From Pseudomonadota bacterium (GTDB taxonomy: Bacteria; Pseudomonadota; Alphaproteobacteria; Rhodobacterales; Rhodobacteraceae), in NCBI GenBank assembly GCA_021813365.1, contig JAKALB010000003.1:360-64359 (forward strand): a DNA stretch of 64,000 nucleotides, given 5' to 3'. Position numbers and translations under genes: made by a program. The notes under the pieces are model-generated. The model was given only the letters and a program-made list of their open reading frames with translations. It was not told the DNA's origin and did no database searches. Below, piece by piece: positions 19,357 to 28,986 of the stretch. Position 1 is the first letter of the stretch; each line of letters begins with the position of its first letter.

Positions 19357-19411
19357 TGGGGGCTCTGCCCCCCGGCTTCGCCGTCCCCCGGGATGTTTGG
19401 CGCAAGGCGAA
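19357..19411. repeat. Solo degenerate copy of the REP/MITE-like element
   Basis: ctgggggctctgcccc hairpin, then cccccgggatgtttggcgcaaggcgaa (variant of gggatatttgcgccaagttgaa). Confidence 0.65.
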
Positions 19412-19567
19412 AGGCCGCAAGCGCCCGCCACATGGCGGGACGCGAGCCTGTGCGTGCCGGTCGGGGATCCGGCGCCAGCCTGTGGCTGCGGCCTGCGCCG
19501 GACGGGCGGCTTGCGCGGCGGCGCGGGGCGTGGTTTGGTCCGACCGTTCCGCAAACAAGGTGCCGTC

Positions 19568-20383
19568 ATGACCCGCCCCGCCGATGCCAGTTTCCGCTTT
19601 ACCCATGCGATCTGCCGCGCGCCGGCGGCCTCGATCACCCGGGGATTGCGGGCGGTGGACACCGGCGATCCCGACCTGGAACCGATGCGCCGGCACCATG
19701 CCGATTATGTGGCGGCGCTGCGCTCGACCGGTGCCGAGGTGACGGTGCTGCCGGCGCTGGACGCCTATCCCGACAGCGTCTTTGTCGAGGACACCGCGCT
19801 GTGCCTGCCCGAAGGTGCGGTGATCATGCGGCCTGGCGCGGCATCGCGGCTGGGCGAGGCCGGCGAGATGGCGCCGGTGCTGGAGACGTTTTACGCCCGC
19901 GTCGCCCGGATCAGCGACGAAGAGGCCTTCATCGAGGGCGGCGATATCCTGGTGACGGGGCGCGAGATTCTCGTGGGCCGTTCGGCGCGGACCAACGCCC
20001 GGGGCATCGCCGCGCTGGAACGGATCACGAGCGCCTGGGGCCATGCCGTGCGCGAGGTCCGCACGCCGCCCGGCGTCTTGCATTTCAAGACCGACTGCTC
20101 GCTGCTGGATGCCGAAACGATTCTGGCGACGCCGCGACTGGACGCATCGGGCTGTCTTGCGGGCTATCGGGTGATCCACACCGCGCCGGGCGAGGAAGCG
20201 GCGGCGAATGCCATTCGGTTCAACGATCTGGTCATCATGGCGGCCGGTTTTCCCCGGACCGAGGCGGCGGTCAGGGCGGCGGGTTTCCGCGTGAAGACCA
20301 TCGGCAACAGCGAATGCGCCAAGCTGGATGGCGGCATGTCGTGCCTGTCGCTGCGTTTTTCACCAAAGGGACCGCGCGGTTGA
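19568..20383 (+). CDS. Dimethylarginine dimethylaminohydrolase / amidinotransferase-family protein
   Basis: YPDSVFVEDTA, RPGAASRLGE, IEGGD, RTN, LHFKT, KLDGGMSCLS (catalytic Cys) motifs. Confidence 0.88.
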   Translation: MTRPADASFRFTHAICRAPAASITRGLRAVDTGDPDLEPMRRHHADYVAALRSTGAEVTVLPALDAYPDSVFVEDTALCLPEGAVIMRPGAASRLGEAGEMAPVLETFYARVARISDEEAFIEGGDILVTGREILVGRSARTNARGIAALERITSAWGHAVREVRTPPGVLHFKTDCSLLDAETILATPRLDASGCLAGYRVIHTAPGEEAAANAIRFNDLVIMAAGFPRTEAAVRAAGFRVKTIGNSECAKLDGGMSCLSLRFSPKGPRG

Positions 20384-20447
20384 CTTTCGCCGCGGCCTGG
20401 GCCCGATAGTCTGGCGCGGGCAGAGCGGGGAGGCGCAGGCGGGCGTG

Positions 20448-21428
20448 ATGGGCAGGTTCAACATCGTCGCGGTCGGACAGGCGGGGCGGTTGTCCTACGA
20501 GGCCGTCTTGCTGGTGGCCAGCCTGCGGGCTCGGGCGCCGGGCTTCACCGGGCGGCTCATCATCGCCGAGCCGCAACCGGGGCCGCTGTGGCGCGAAGAC
20601 CCGCGCATCGCCGACCGCGACCTCCGCGCCTGGCTGGCCGATCAGGGTGCCGAAATCCTGCCATTCGAGAGCCGGCATTTCGGCCAGACCTATCCCTACG
20701 GCAACAAGATCGAGGCGCTTTCCGCCCTGCCGCCCGAGCCCTTTCTGTTCCTGGATACCGACACGCTGATCCTGGGCGATCTGGGCAAGGTGCCATTCGA
20801 TTTCACCCGACCGGCTGCCTCGATGCGGCGCGAGGGAACCTGGCCGGTGATCGAGCCCTATGGGCCGGGTTATGCAGCCATCTGGAAGGCCCTGTATGAC
20901 CGGTTCGGGCTGGATTTCGCCGCGACGCTGGATCTGACCCAGCCCGACGAGTATTGGCAGCGTTACCTGTATTTCAACGCCGGCTGGTTCTTTGGTGCGG
21001 ATGCGCGCGCCTTCGGCGCCCGCTTTGCCGATTATGCCGTGGCGGTATGGCAGGATAGGCCGAAGGAGCTGGTGCTGCAGGAATTGAACCCCTGGCTTGA
21101 CCAGGTGGTGCTGCCCCTTGTGATTGCGTCGTTCGGCGGCGGGCGGCCCGGGCCAGAGCTGGCGGGGATGGACGGCGATGTGACCTGCCATTACCGGGCG
21201 CTGCCGCTGCTCTATGCGCGGGAAAGCGACCTGGCGGTGCAGGTGCTGGAGGAAGTGACCGCGCCCAACGCGGTGAAGAAGCTGCTGAAGGCGCATGAGC
21301 CGTTCCGGCGGATGATCTGGCAGGGCAAGGGCGCAAAGGCGCGGGCGCTGTTCGACCGGGGCGATCTGCCGGTGCGCGAGCAGACCATCCGCAACCGGCT
21401 GAAGGCCGAGGGGCTGTGGCTGCGCTAG
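20448..21428 (+). CDS. Conserved hypothetical protein with GT-A/GT8-like glycosyltransferase motifs
   Basis: YGNKIEAL, FLFLDTDT (DxD), YFNAGW, WLDQVVL. Confidence 0.65.
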   Translation: MGRFNIVAVGQAGRLSYEAVLLVASLRARAPGFTGRLIIAEPQPGPLWREDPRIADRDLRAWLADQGAEILPFESRHFGQTYPYGNKIEALSALPPEPFLFLDTDTLILGDLGKVPFDFTRPAASMRREGTWPVIEPYGPGYAAIWKALYDRFGLDFAATLDLTQPDEYWQRYLYFNAGWFFGADARAFGARFADYAVAVWQDRPKELVLQELNPWLDQVVLPLVIASFGGGRPGPELAGMDGDVTCHYRALPLLYARESDLAVQVLEEVTAPNAVKKLLKAHEPFRRMIWQGKGAKARALFDRGDLPVREQTIRNRLKAEGLWLR

Positions 21429-21429
21429 G

Positions 21430-22023
21430 CTACAGCCGCAACACGGGCAGGAGCGACAGGATCAGCAGGGCAGCCATGCCCCAGTTGAACAGCCGCAACC
21501 TTGATGGATCGCCCAGCCAGCGGCGCAGGCGCGTGCCGGCATAGGTCCAGACCGAGATCGAGGGCCAGTTGACCGCGGCGAAAACGGCTGCAACCAGGGC
21601 CACATCGGCCAGGCCGCCTTCGGCGGCATAGGCGGCGATCGCGCCCAGCGCCATGGCCCAGGCCTTGGGGTTGACCCATTGGAAGGCGGCGGCCTGGACA
21701 AAGGTCATCGGCCGTGCGCCGACGGCGCCCTGGCCCGGGGCATCGGCATGGGCGATCTTCCAGGCCAGCCACAGCATATAGGCCAGCGCCGCCAGTTTGA
21801 GCACGGTCCCGGCCCAGGGGAAGGCCAGCAACAGGCTCGACAGGCCAAGCCCCGTCATCACGACCATCACCATATGGCCAAGGCTGATCCCGGCCATGTG
21901 CGGCAGGCTGCGGCGGAAGCCGAAGTTCACCCCCGATGCCAGCAGCATCATGTTGTTCGGCCCCGGCGTGATCGAGGTCACGAAGGCAAAGGACACGAGA
22001 GCCAGGAACAGATCGGGCGTCAT
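21430..22023 (-). CDS. LysE/RhtB family amino-acid exporter
   Basis: TPGPNNMM, SGVNFG, YMLWLAW, FQWVNPKAW motifs. Confidence 0.92.
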   Translation of the reverse strand: MTPDLFLALVSFAFVTSITPGPNNMMLLASGVNFGFRRSLPHMAGISLGHMVMVVMTGLGLSSLLLAFPWAGTVLKLAALAYMLWLAWKIAHADAPGQGAVGARPMTFVQAAAFQWVNPKAWAMALGAIAAYAAEGGLADVALVAAVFAAVNWPSISVWTYAGTRLRRWLGDPSRLRLFNWGMAALLILSLLPVLRL

Positions 22024-22184
22024 GGCCCTGCTTGGCCCGGGATCGGGCGGCGGTGCAATGGTGAAGTTGTAACGGGCACAAGTTCGCCGCCCCCCGGCTG
22101 CCCCCCGATCGCCCACTGGCGCGGCTGTTGCGGCGACGGCCCCCTGCGCCTAGCCTTGCCGCTCGAATCGTCAGGGAGGATGTG

Positions 22185-23468
22185 ATGAGTAAGCAGGGAT
22201 TTGAAACACTGGCCATTCACGCAGGCACGGCGCCGGATCCGGCCACCGGGGCGCGGCAAGTGCCGATCTATCAGACGACGGCCTATGTGTTCCGCGACAG
22301 CGAACACGCGGCCAGGCTGTTCAATCTGCAGGAGGTGGGCTACATCTATTCCCGCCTGACCAACCCTACCGTCAGCGCGCTGGCAAACCGGGTCGCGGCG
22401 CTCGAGGGCGGTGCGGGGGCGGTGTGCTGCTCCTCCGGCCACGCGGCGCAGATCCTGGCGCTGTTTCCGCTGATGCAGCCGGGGTGCAACATCGTCGCAT
22501 CGACCCGGCTCTACGGCGGCACGGTGCAGCAATTCTCCAACACGATCCGCAAGTTCGGCTGGTCATGCCGGTTCGTGGATACCGAGGATCTGGCGGCGGT
22601 CGAGGCGGCAATCGACGCCGGCACGCGGGCGATCTTTTGCGAATCCATCGCCAATCCGGGCGGTTATGTCACCGATCTGGATGCCCTGGCCAGAATTGCC
22701 GACCGGGCCGGCCTGCCGCTGATCGTGGACAATACCTCGGCCACCCCCTATCTGATCCGGCCCATCGAACATGGCGCGACGCTGGTGGTGCATTCGGCCA
22801 CCAAATACCTGACCGGCAACGGCACGGTGACGGGCGGCGTGATTGTGGACAGCGGCAGGTTCGACTGGGCGAAGTCTGGAAAGTTCCCCTCGCTGAGCGA
22901 ACCCGAGCCCGCCTATCACGGGCTGGTCTTCTACCCGACCCTGGGGGCCATGGCCTTTACCTTCCATTCCATTGCCGTCGGGCTGCGCGACCTGGGCATG
23001 ACGATGAACCCGCAGGGGGCGCATTACACGCTGATGGGTATCGAGACGCTGCCCCTGCGGATGGAAAAGCATGTGGCCAATGCCCAGAAGGTCGCGGAAT
23101 GGCTGGAGAAGGATCCGCGAATCGAGGCGGTGACCTATCCGGGCCTGAAAAGTTCGCCCTGGTATGAGCGGGCCCGACGGATCAGCCCGAAGGGCGCCGG
23201 GGCGCTGTTCACCTTTGCGGTGAGGGGCGGCTACGAGGCCTGCGTCAAGGTCGTCGACCATGTGAAACTGTTCAGTCATGTCGCCAACCTGGGCGATGCG
23301 CGCAGTCTGATCATCCACCCGGCCTCCACCACGCACCGCCAGCTGACGCCGGAAAAGCAGCTGGCAGCGGGGGCGGCGCCGAATGTGCTGCGGGTGTCGA
23401 TCGGGATCGAGGATCCGGCCGACATCATCGCCGATCTGGATCAGGCGCTGGCCCTGGCCAGCACCTGA
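22185..23468 (+). CDS. metY: O-acetylhomoserine sulfhydrylase (PLP, Cys/Met metabolism)
   Basis: PIYQTTAY, YSRLTNPT, HSATKY (PLP Lys), HVANLGDARSL, HPASTTH. Confidence 0.9.
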   Translation: MSKQGFETLAIHAGTAPDPATGARQVPIYQTTAYVFRDSEHAARLFNLQEVGYIYSRLTNPTVSALANRVAALEGGAGAVCCSSGHAAQILALFPLMQPGCNIVASTRLYGGTVQQFSNTIRKFGWSCRFVDTEDLAAVEAAIDAGTRAIFCESIANPGGYVTDLDALARIADRAGLPLIVDNTSATPYLIRPIEHGATLVVHSATKYLTGNGTVTGGVIVDSGRFDWAKSGKFPSLSEPEPAYHGLVFYPTLGAMAFTFHSIAVGLRDLGMTMNPQGAHYTLMGIETLPLRMEKHVANAQKVAEWLEKDPRIEAVTYPGLKSSPWYERARRISPKGAGALFTFAVRGGYEACVKVVDHVKLFSHVANLGDARSLIIHPASTTHRQLTPEKQLAAGAAPNVLRVSIGIEDPADIIADLDQALALAST

Positions 23469-23478
23469 TCCGCGATCC

Positions 23479-23634
23479 TCAGCCAAAGGCGGCAAAGAAC
23501 CTGGAATAGGCGGGCTTCAGCCCGCCCATTGCCGTTTGCACGGCTGCGGCATCGCCGGCCCGCACGGCATCGACATAGGCCTGGACCGACGCCTGGAAGG
23601 CATCAGCCAGCAGCCCATGGTGGCCACAGGCCGC
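23479..23634 (-). pseudogene. Probable 3' gene remnant (about 50 codons) lacking a start
   Basis: Minus frame reads AACGHHGLLADAFQASVQAYVDAVRAGDAAAVQTAMGGLKPAYSRFFAAFG*, helical and with GC3-rich codons, bounded upstream by an in-frame TGA at 23635-23637; absent from ORF track. Confidence 0.45.
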
Positions 23635-23821
23635 TCACAGCGCGGTTTCGGCGCCTACATGGGGCCGGCCCTGGCCCAGCCCGGGGCCAGAGCCCCAGGA
23701 CGTGCAAGGGAAATGAATGATTGACACACCGTCTGCTCCTGCATCCGTGCCGCAGGCAATGGCACGCAGCCAGGTGCCACGGGTTGATCCGGAGTCAAAG
23801 ACCGATCCGGGGGAGGGGCGA

Positions 23822-24571
23822 TCAGGGTTGCAGCGCCCAGGTGATCGTGACGCTGGCGGAAATGTCCAAAGTGCCGCCCGCGACCGGAACGGGCGTCGCA
23901 GCCGCATCCATGCGATACATCGGCATCGGTGGTTCGGCCGCGCCGCCTTCGCTGATCGAAATGATGTTCCCCAGATGCACGCCGGCCGCCTCGGCCAGCA
24001 GGGTGGCGCGCGCCCTGGCGTCGGCAACGGCGGCCAGACGTGCCTGATCCTGCACCGGACGCGGCTGAGCCAGGCCGAAGGTCAGCCCGTTCAACGTGTT
24101 GGCGCCGTCCTGAACCACCGCATCCAGAACCGCGCCGGTCTGATCCAGCCGGCGCAACGTGATCGTGACCATGTTGTAGGCCGTATAGTTCTGGATCTGC
24201 GGCACCTGGTTGCTGTCATAGGCGGTGTAGTTCGGGGTCAGGGACAGGTTCGAGGTCTGGATATCCCCGGCTTCGATGCCCGCACCGGTCAGCCGATCCA
24301 TCACCGCCTGCACGGCGGCGGAATTGGCGCTCAACGCCTCGGATGCGGTGGCGCCGTTGGTCGTGACACCCAGCGACACGCTGGCCAGATCGGGAACGAC
24401 ATTCACGCTGGCCTCGCCGGTGACGGTGATCTGTCCGGCCACGTCAGCCTGCTGGGCCGCGGCAGGAACCGACAGGCCCAGCACCAGCATCAGGGCCAGC
24501 GTCAGGGCCAGAACGGGGGCCGGAACGGGGGCCGGAATGGGGGTCAGATCGAAAAGGGAAAACTTGCGCAT
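23822..24571 (-). CDS. SIMPL/DUF541 periplasmic protein (BP26-like)
   Basis: Signal peptide; ITVTGEASV..PD.A...LGV, IQTSNLSL.P.Y, AVADARARA..LAEAAGV motifs. Confidence 0.9.
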   Translation of the reverse strand: MRKFSLFDLTPIPAPVPAPVLALTLALMLVLGLSVPAAAQQADVAGQITVTGEASVNVVPDLASVSLGVTTNGATASEALSANSAAVQAVMDRLTGAGIEAGDIQTSNLSLTPNYTAYDSNQVPQIQNYTAYNMVTITLRRLDQTGAVLDAVVQDGANTLNGLTFGLAQPRPVQDQARLAAVADARARATLLAEAAGVHLGNIISISEGGAAEPPMPMYRMDAAATPVPVAGGTLDISASVTITWALQP

Positions 24572-24803
24572 GGGAACCTCCTGAAAACTGCGCCGAATGG
24601 TAGCCGCTGGAAACGGTGCCGTCCCTGGCCCGCGCCGAAAGGACTCGCACCTGGGCGGAAGCCTGCCGCTCTTGCCCCCGGGCGAACCTGCGGAAAGGCG
24701 CTTAATCACCTTGGTTTTCTTTTCAAGCCGCGCAAAGCCATGTAGGAAGGGCGCGATCGTGCGGACAGGGGCCTCCGCCCGCGAAAACGGACCAAATCCT
24801 CAG

Positions 24804-27692
24804 ATGAAACCATCCTTTGCACTCGATTTGCGCGATGAGCAGGTGGCGCTTCTGCACCGCACCTCGCGCGGCTGGCTGCAGATCGGCGTCACCCGGTTTG
24901 ACGCGCCCGATCTGGCCGAGGCGCTGGCCTACATGCGGTCGACCGCACTGGGGCTTTCGCCCCGGGGGATTTCGACCAAGCTGATCATCCCGAACGACCA
25001 GATCCTGTATACGACCGTGGCCGCGCCGGGGCCCGATGCCGCAAAGCGCAAGCGCCAGGTGCGGGCCGCTCTGGAGGGGATGACGCCCTATGCCGTCGAC
25101 GAACTGGCCTATGACACCTATGGCAGCGGCGCCGAGGTGCAGGTGGCCGTCGTGGCCAAGGAAACGCTGGAGCAGGCCGAGGCCTTTGCCGCCGAGCACC
25201 GGTTCAACCCGGTCAGCTTTGTCGCGGTGCCCGAGAATGGCCTGTTCGCCAGCGAGCCGTTCTTCGGCCCGTCCAGGATGTCGCCGGCGCTGCTGTCCGA
25301 GGGCGAAAAGGTCGAACGCGACCATGAGCCGGTGAGCGTGGTGATCCGCGACCTTCCGCGCGCGGCCCCCGAACCCGAGCCCCAACCCGAACCGGCGCCC
25401 GAGGCTCAGGCCGCGCCAGCACCGAGCCCGCAGCCCGTGGTGGACGAAGCGCCGCAGACGACCCTGGCCGAGTCTGCCCGGGCCGAGTCTGATCAGGCTG
25501 CGCCTGTCGGGACCGGACCTGGCGAGACCGAGTCTGCCGAAGCCGCGGCACCCGTGGCCGCGGTCTCGGCAGGCGAGGCCGCCGGGCCGCCGGCCGCGAT
25601 CGTCTCGGCGCCGGGGTTCGAGGCCGCGACACCCCAGCCACCGCAATCGGTACCGGAGCCGGAACCGGTGGTCGAAGACGCGCCGATCGCGCTGGATGTG
25701 CAACCGGACGACCTGCCCGAACCGTTGACCCCGGCGGCGCTGAAGAAATCCCTGGCCCCGGTGCCCGAAGCCGAAGACGACCTGCCCCAGGCCCCGGCCG
25801 ATGCGGTGCGCGCGGCGCTGGCGGCGCGGCGGGCGCAGTCCGGCACGGGCGCGGGCGCCCCCAGTCTGGGGGCCGCCAGCGCGACACGGCCGGCGACGGT
25901 GCGCCCGGTGGGCGCCATCGACGCCGGAGCGGCGCCGCCTGCGAGCCAGGCCAAGGCCGCGCCAAAGCCTGATGCCAGGGCCGGTGCGCCAGGCAGGGCG
26001 CTGAAAGGCATGAGGACCATGGTCACGGCGCCCGGCATTGCCGGTGCCGGGATCGGTCGGCGCAAGGTCGCGGCAACCGCGACCGCCGCCGCCACTCCGG
26101 GCGCGGCCCCGGCCGGTCGTGCCGCGGCCGGCGCGCAGGCCGCCACACCCAAGCCGATGACAGGGCTCGGCGGCAGGCCGGTGCCGGTGCGCGGCAAGCC
26201 GCGCTATCTGGGCCTGATCCTGACCGGTATCCTGCTGGTGTTTCTGGCGCTGATCGCTGCCTGGTCCAGCTTCTTCCTGGCCGGGCTCGGCGGGGATCAG
26301 GCCGCACCGGCGACCACGGCAATCTCGCAGGCGGAGACGCCCGCCGCAGAACCGCTTGCCGAAACGCCTGCCGTGCCGACGCCCGACCCAGCCACCGCAG
26401 CCGACGCCCGACAAGCGGCGGAGGCCACTCCGTCGGCGGCGGACGAGGCGGCGGCAGATGGTCAGGATGCCGCGGCAGCGGCCCTGACCGACACGGCGAC
26501 GACGACCGGCCAGGTTGCCGATGCAGCCCCGCCGGCCGACGCCGGCGCCGCGGCGGCGGCCTCCGTCGAGACGACAGCAGCGGCAGGAACCGCGACCCGG
26601 AACCCGGCCGCCGAGCCGGCCCCCGGCACTGTCGTTTCGACCGAGGCCGCCGTCGGCCAGACCGCTGGCGATGCCGCGGGCGACGAAATCTTCCTGGCCG
26701 CAATGGAACCGCAGACCCATCTGGCCGATCCCGTCAGCCTGCCCGATGCCGCCACGGCGGGCGATACGCTGCCCGCCGCGGCGCCCGAACCGCCGCCGTT
26801 CGGCACGGTCTACAAATTCGATGCCGAGGGCCGGATCATTCCCTCTCCGGAAGGCATCCTGACGCCAGACGGTGTGATGCTGGTGGCCGGCAAGCCGGCC
26901 CGGGTGCCACCGCCCCGCCCGGCGGCCATTGCGGCGCTGGCACCCCCTGCCCCCGCGGCGGTCGCAGAGCCGGCCGCCATCACCCCCGAGGCCGGTGCGA
27001 CGGCGACACCAGGGGCCATCGCCCTGCCGGGGACGGGGGTGGGCCCCGCCGATACGCCATTGCAACCCAACCCCGAGCTGAAGGGCTTCAAGCCACGGGC
27101 CCGACCAGACGGCCTGGTCCCCGCCGTGCAAACCACAGCCCCCCCGCCTGCCGCAAACCCGCAACTCGCGGGTTTTCGTCCGCGCGCGCGGGCCACATCG
27201 GCGGGGGTGACGGCGGCGGCGGCCTCGACCGCGGGGCTGGGAGATGCGCCCACCACCGCGGATGAGAGCGCGGCCGACCTGGCCGTCGATGTCTCGCGCC
27301 TGCCGCCGCCGCGGCCTGCCGTCCTGTCGCAGGCGGTCGATGCCGCCGTCGCCGCCGCGCTGGCCCAGCCCGAACCGCAGGCCGATGCGGCCCCCGAAGC
27401 CCAGGCCGAACCCGAAGTCGATACCCCGGCGCCCAGGATTCCGACCTCGGCCTCGGTCGCCAAGACCGCGACCGAGAAGGATGCCCTGAACCTGTCGAAG
27501 ATCGCGCTGATCGGGGTTTTCGGGACAGAAAGCGCGCGCTATGCCTATGTGCGGCTGGGCAATGGCACGCTGAAGAAGGTAAAGGTCGGCGACAGTCTCG
27601 ACGGCGGCCAGGTGGTCGCCATTTCGGCGACCGACCTGCGCTATCAGAAGAACGGCAAGTTGATCGTTCTGGCCCTGCCCAAGGAAGGCTGA
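24804..27692 (+). CDS. Large bitopic membrane protein: GspL/PilM-like N-terminus, Pro/Ala-rich linkers, one TM helix, PilP-like C-terminal beta domain
   Basis: MKPSFALDL...ALEGMTPYAVDELAYD...VAVVAKETL; TM YLGLILTGILLVFLALIAAW; C-terminal LNLSKIALIGVFG...VKVGDSLDGGQVVAI. Confidence 0.7.
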   Translation: MKPSFALDLRDEQVALLHRTSRGWLQIGVTRFDAPDLAEALAYMRSTALGLSPRGISTKLIIPNDQILYTTVAAPGPDAAKRKRQVRAALEGMTPYAVDELAYDTYGSGAEVQVAVVAKETLEQAEAFAAEHRFNPVSFVAVPENGLFASEPFFGPSRMSPALLSEGEKVERDHEPVSVVIRDLPRAAPEPEPQPEPAPEAQAAPAPSPQPVVDEAPQTTLAESARAESDQAAPVGTGPGETESAEAAAPVAAVSAGEAAGPPAAIVSAPGFEAATPQPPQSVPEPEPVVEDAPIALDVQPDDLPEPLTPAALKKSLAPVPEAEDDLPQAPADAVRAALAARRAQSGTGAGAPSLGAASATRPATVRPVGAIDAGAAPPASQAKAAPKPDARAGAPGRALKGMRTMVTAPGIAGAGIGRRKVAATATAAATPGAAPAGRAAAGAQAATPKPMTGLGGRPVPVRGKPRYLGLILTGILLVFLALIAAWSSFFLAGLGGDQAAPATTAISQAETPAAEPLAETPAVPTPDPATAADARQAAEATPSAADEAAADGQDAAAAALTDTATTTGQVADAAPPADAGAAAAASVETTAAAGTATRNPAAEPAPGTVVSTEAAVGQTAGDAAGDEIFLAAMEPQTHLADPVSLPDAATAGDTLPAAAPEPPPFGTVYKFDAEGRIIPSPEGILTPDGVMLVAGKPARVPPPRPAAIAALAPPAPAAVAEPAAITPEAGATATPGAIALPGTGVGPADTPLQPNPELKGFKPRARPDGLVPAVQTTAPPPAANPQLAGFRPRARATSAGVTAAAASTAGLGDAPTTADESAADLAVDVSRLPPPRPAVLSQAVDAAVAAALAQPEPQADAAPEAQAEPEVDTPAPRIPTSASVAKTATEKDALNLSKIALIGVFGTESARYAYVRLGNGTLKKVKVGDSLDGGQVVAISATDLRYQKNGKLIVLALPKEG

Positions 27693-28703
27693 TCAGCCCT
27701 CCGACACGCCCGCCTCGGCAAAGGTCGCCATGCCGGAATGACATTCCGCCGCTGCCCGCACCAGCGGGATGGCAAGGGCCGCGCCCGAACCCTCGCCCAG
27801 TCGCAGCCCGAGCTGCAACAGAGGTTCCAGACCCAATCCCGCCAGAAGCTTGCCATGCGCGGCTTCGGCGCTGGCATGGGCCGCAAGCACATGATCCAGC
27901 GCACCGGGCGCGGCCTTGGCCAGCACCGCCGCCGCTGCCGTGGCGATGAAGCCATCCAGCAGCACCGGCACGCGCACCATCCGGGCGGCCAGCATCGCGC
28001 CCGTCATCGCCGCCACTTCGCGACCGCCCAGGCGGCGCAGCACCTCGATCGGATCGGCGAAGGCTGGGGCGTGCAGGTCCAGCGCCTGCTGCACGACCGC
28101 GGCCTTGCGAGCCAGGCCTTCGGCATCCACACCGGTGCCGCGACCGACCCAGTCCACCCCGCGGCCCCCCAGAAGCGCCGCGGCCATCGCGGCGGCCGAA
28201 GTGGTATTGCCGATGCCCATTTCACCCGGGATCAACAGATCGGTGCCCTTTTCCAGCGCGTGCCAGCCGGTGGAAAGGGCCGCCGCCAGTTCGGCCTCGG
28301 TCATCGCCGGGGCTTCGCTGAAATCCGCGGTGGGTTGGTCCAGTTGCAGCGCCTGCACCGTCAGCCTGGCCCCGGCGTTGCGCGCCAACTGGTTGATCGC
28401 CGCGCCGCCATGGGCAAAGTTGGCGACCATCTGCACCGTCACCTCGGCAGGAAAGGCTGAGACGCCCTTGGCCACGACCCCATGATTTCCAGCGAAAATC
28501 GCGATCTGCGGCGCGGTGATCCGCGGCCTGTCCGTGCCCTGCCAGCCGGCCAGCCAGATGGCGATCGTCTCAAGTCGGCCCAGCGCGCCCGGGGGCTTGG
28601 TCAACTGGCCATTGCGCGCCGTGGCCCCGGCGATCGCGGCGGCGTCCGGGGCGGGAAGGCGGGTCAGACAATCGCGAAAGAACGACAGGGGCAGATCAGG
28701 CAT
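27693..28703 (-). CDS. cobT: Nicotinate-nucleotide--dimethylbenzimidazole phosphoribosyltransferase
   Basis: [44 protein letters not shown]. Confidence 0.95.
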   Translation of the reverse strand: MPDLPLSFFRDCLTRLPAPDAAAIAGATARNGQLTKPPGALGRLETIAIWLAGWQGTDRPRITAPQIAIFAGNHGVVAKGVSAFPAEVTVQMVANFAHGGAAINQLARNAGARLTVQALQLDQPTADFSEAPAMTEAELAAALSTGWHALEKGTDLLIPGEMGIGNTTSAAAMAAALLGGRGVDWVGRGTGVDAEGLARKAAVVQQALDLHAPAFADPIEVLRRLGGREVAAMTGAMLAARMVRVPVLLDGFIATAAAAVLAKAAPGALDHVLAAHASAEAAHGKLLAGLGLEPLLQLGLRLGEGSGAALAIPLVRAAAECHSGMATFAEAGVSEG

Positions 28704-28932
28704 GGGAATCTCCGGCAGATTGCGACCGAGCCTTAGCCCGGCCCGGGCGCAAGGGAAATGGCGAATGCGACTTGTTGCAGGACGGCGCCGACCGGGGCTT
28801 TCGCGGCTGGTCGACCTGCCGTCGGCGGACCAACGTCTGCTGCGGGCCCAGGACCGCGCGGGCGCGGGCCGGGCCTTGCAAGGCCGCCGGATGGGCCATG
28901 GCATCCCGCGCGGTGCCTGAGATGCGGAGCCC

Positions 28933-28969
28933 GAAAATGCCGAACGGCGGCCCCGAAGGACCGCCGTTC
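28933..28969 (-). terminator. Intrinsic terminator downstream of carD
   Basis: Minus strand GAACGGCGG-TCC-TTCG-GGG-CCGCCGTTC then GGCATTTT; C(UUCG)G tetraloop. Confidence 0.65.
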
Positions 28970-28986
28970 CACTGTTTCCCGCAGGA

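Noticed and set aside
11409-19567. Integrative element or prophage at tRNA-Tyr
   Set aside because: No integrase, phage or conjugation genes; I found no second copy of the tRNA 3' end (attR) by eye
16049-20179. 1376-aa minus-strand ORF, plus other very long antisense ORFs (2743-4944, 12865-15018, 24723-27164, 31518-34121, 37492-39093, 45954-48179)
   Set aside because: Antisense shadows of well-supported genes in high-GC DNA; no domain motifs, R/G/A/P-rich composition
22024-22184. SAM-II or SAM-SAH riboswitch upstream of metY
   Set aside because: No match by eye to the conserved cores of these riboswitches; an Infernal search would be decisive
24511-24544. 12-bp repeat in the SIMPL signal peptide (PIPAPVPAPV) as a phase-variation tract
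   Set aside because: Unit length is a multiple of 3, so slippage keeps the frame; probably neutral length variation
24700-24725. CtrA box upstream of the large membrane protein gene
   Set aside because: Only one TTAA half-site (cttaatcaccttgg); second half does not fit TTAA-N7-TTAA
28704-28986. Cobalamin riboswitch or cobS remnant upstream of cobT
   Set aside because: No B12-box recognisable; the short frame [19 protein letters not shown] only weakly resembles the CobS N-terminus
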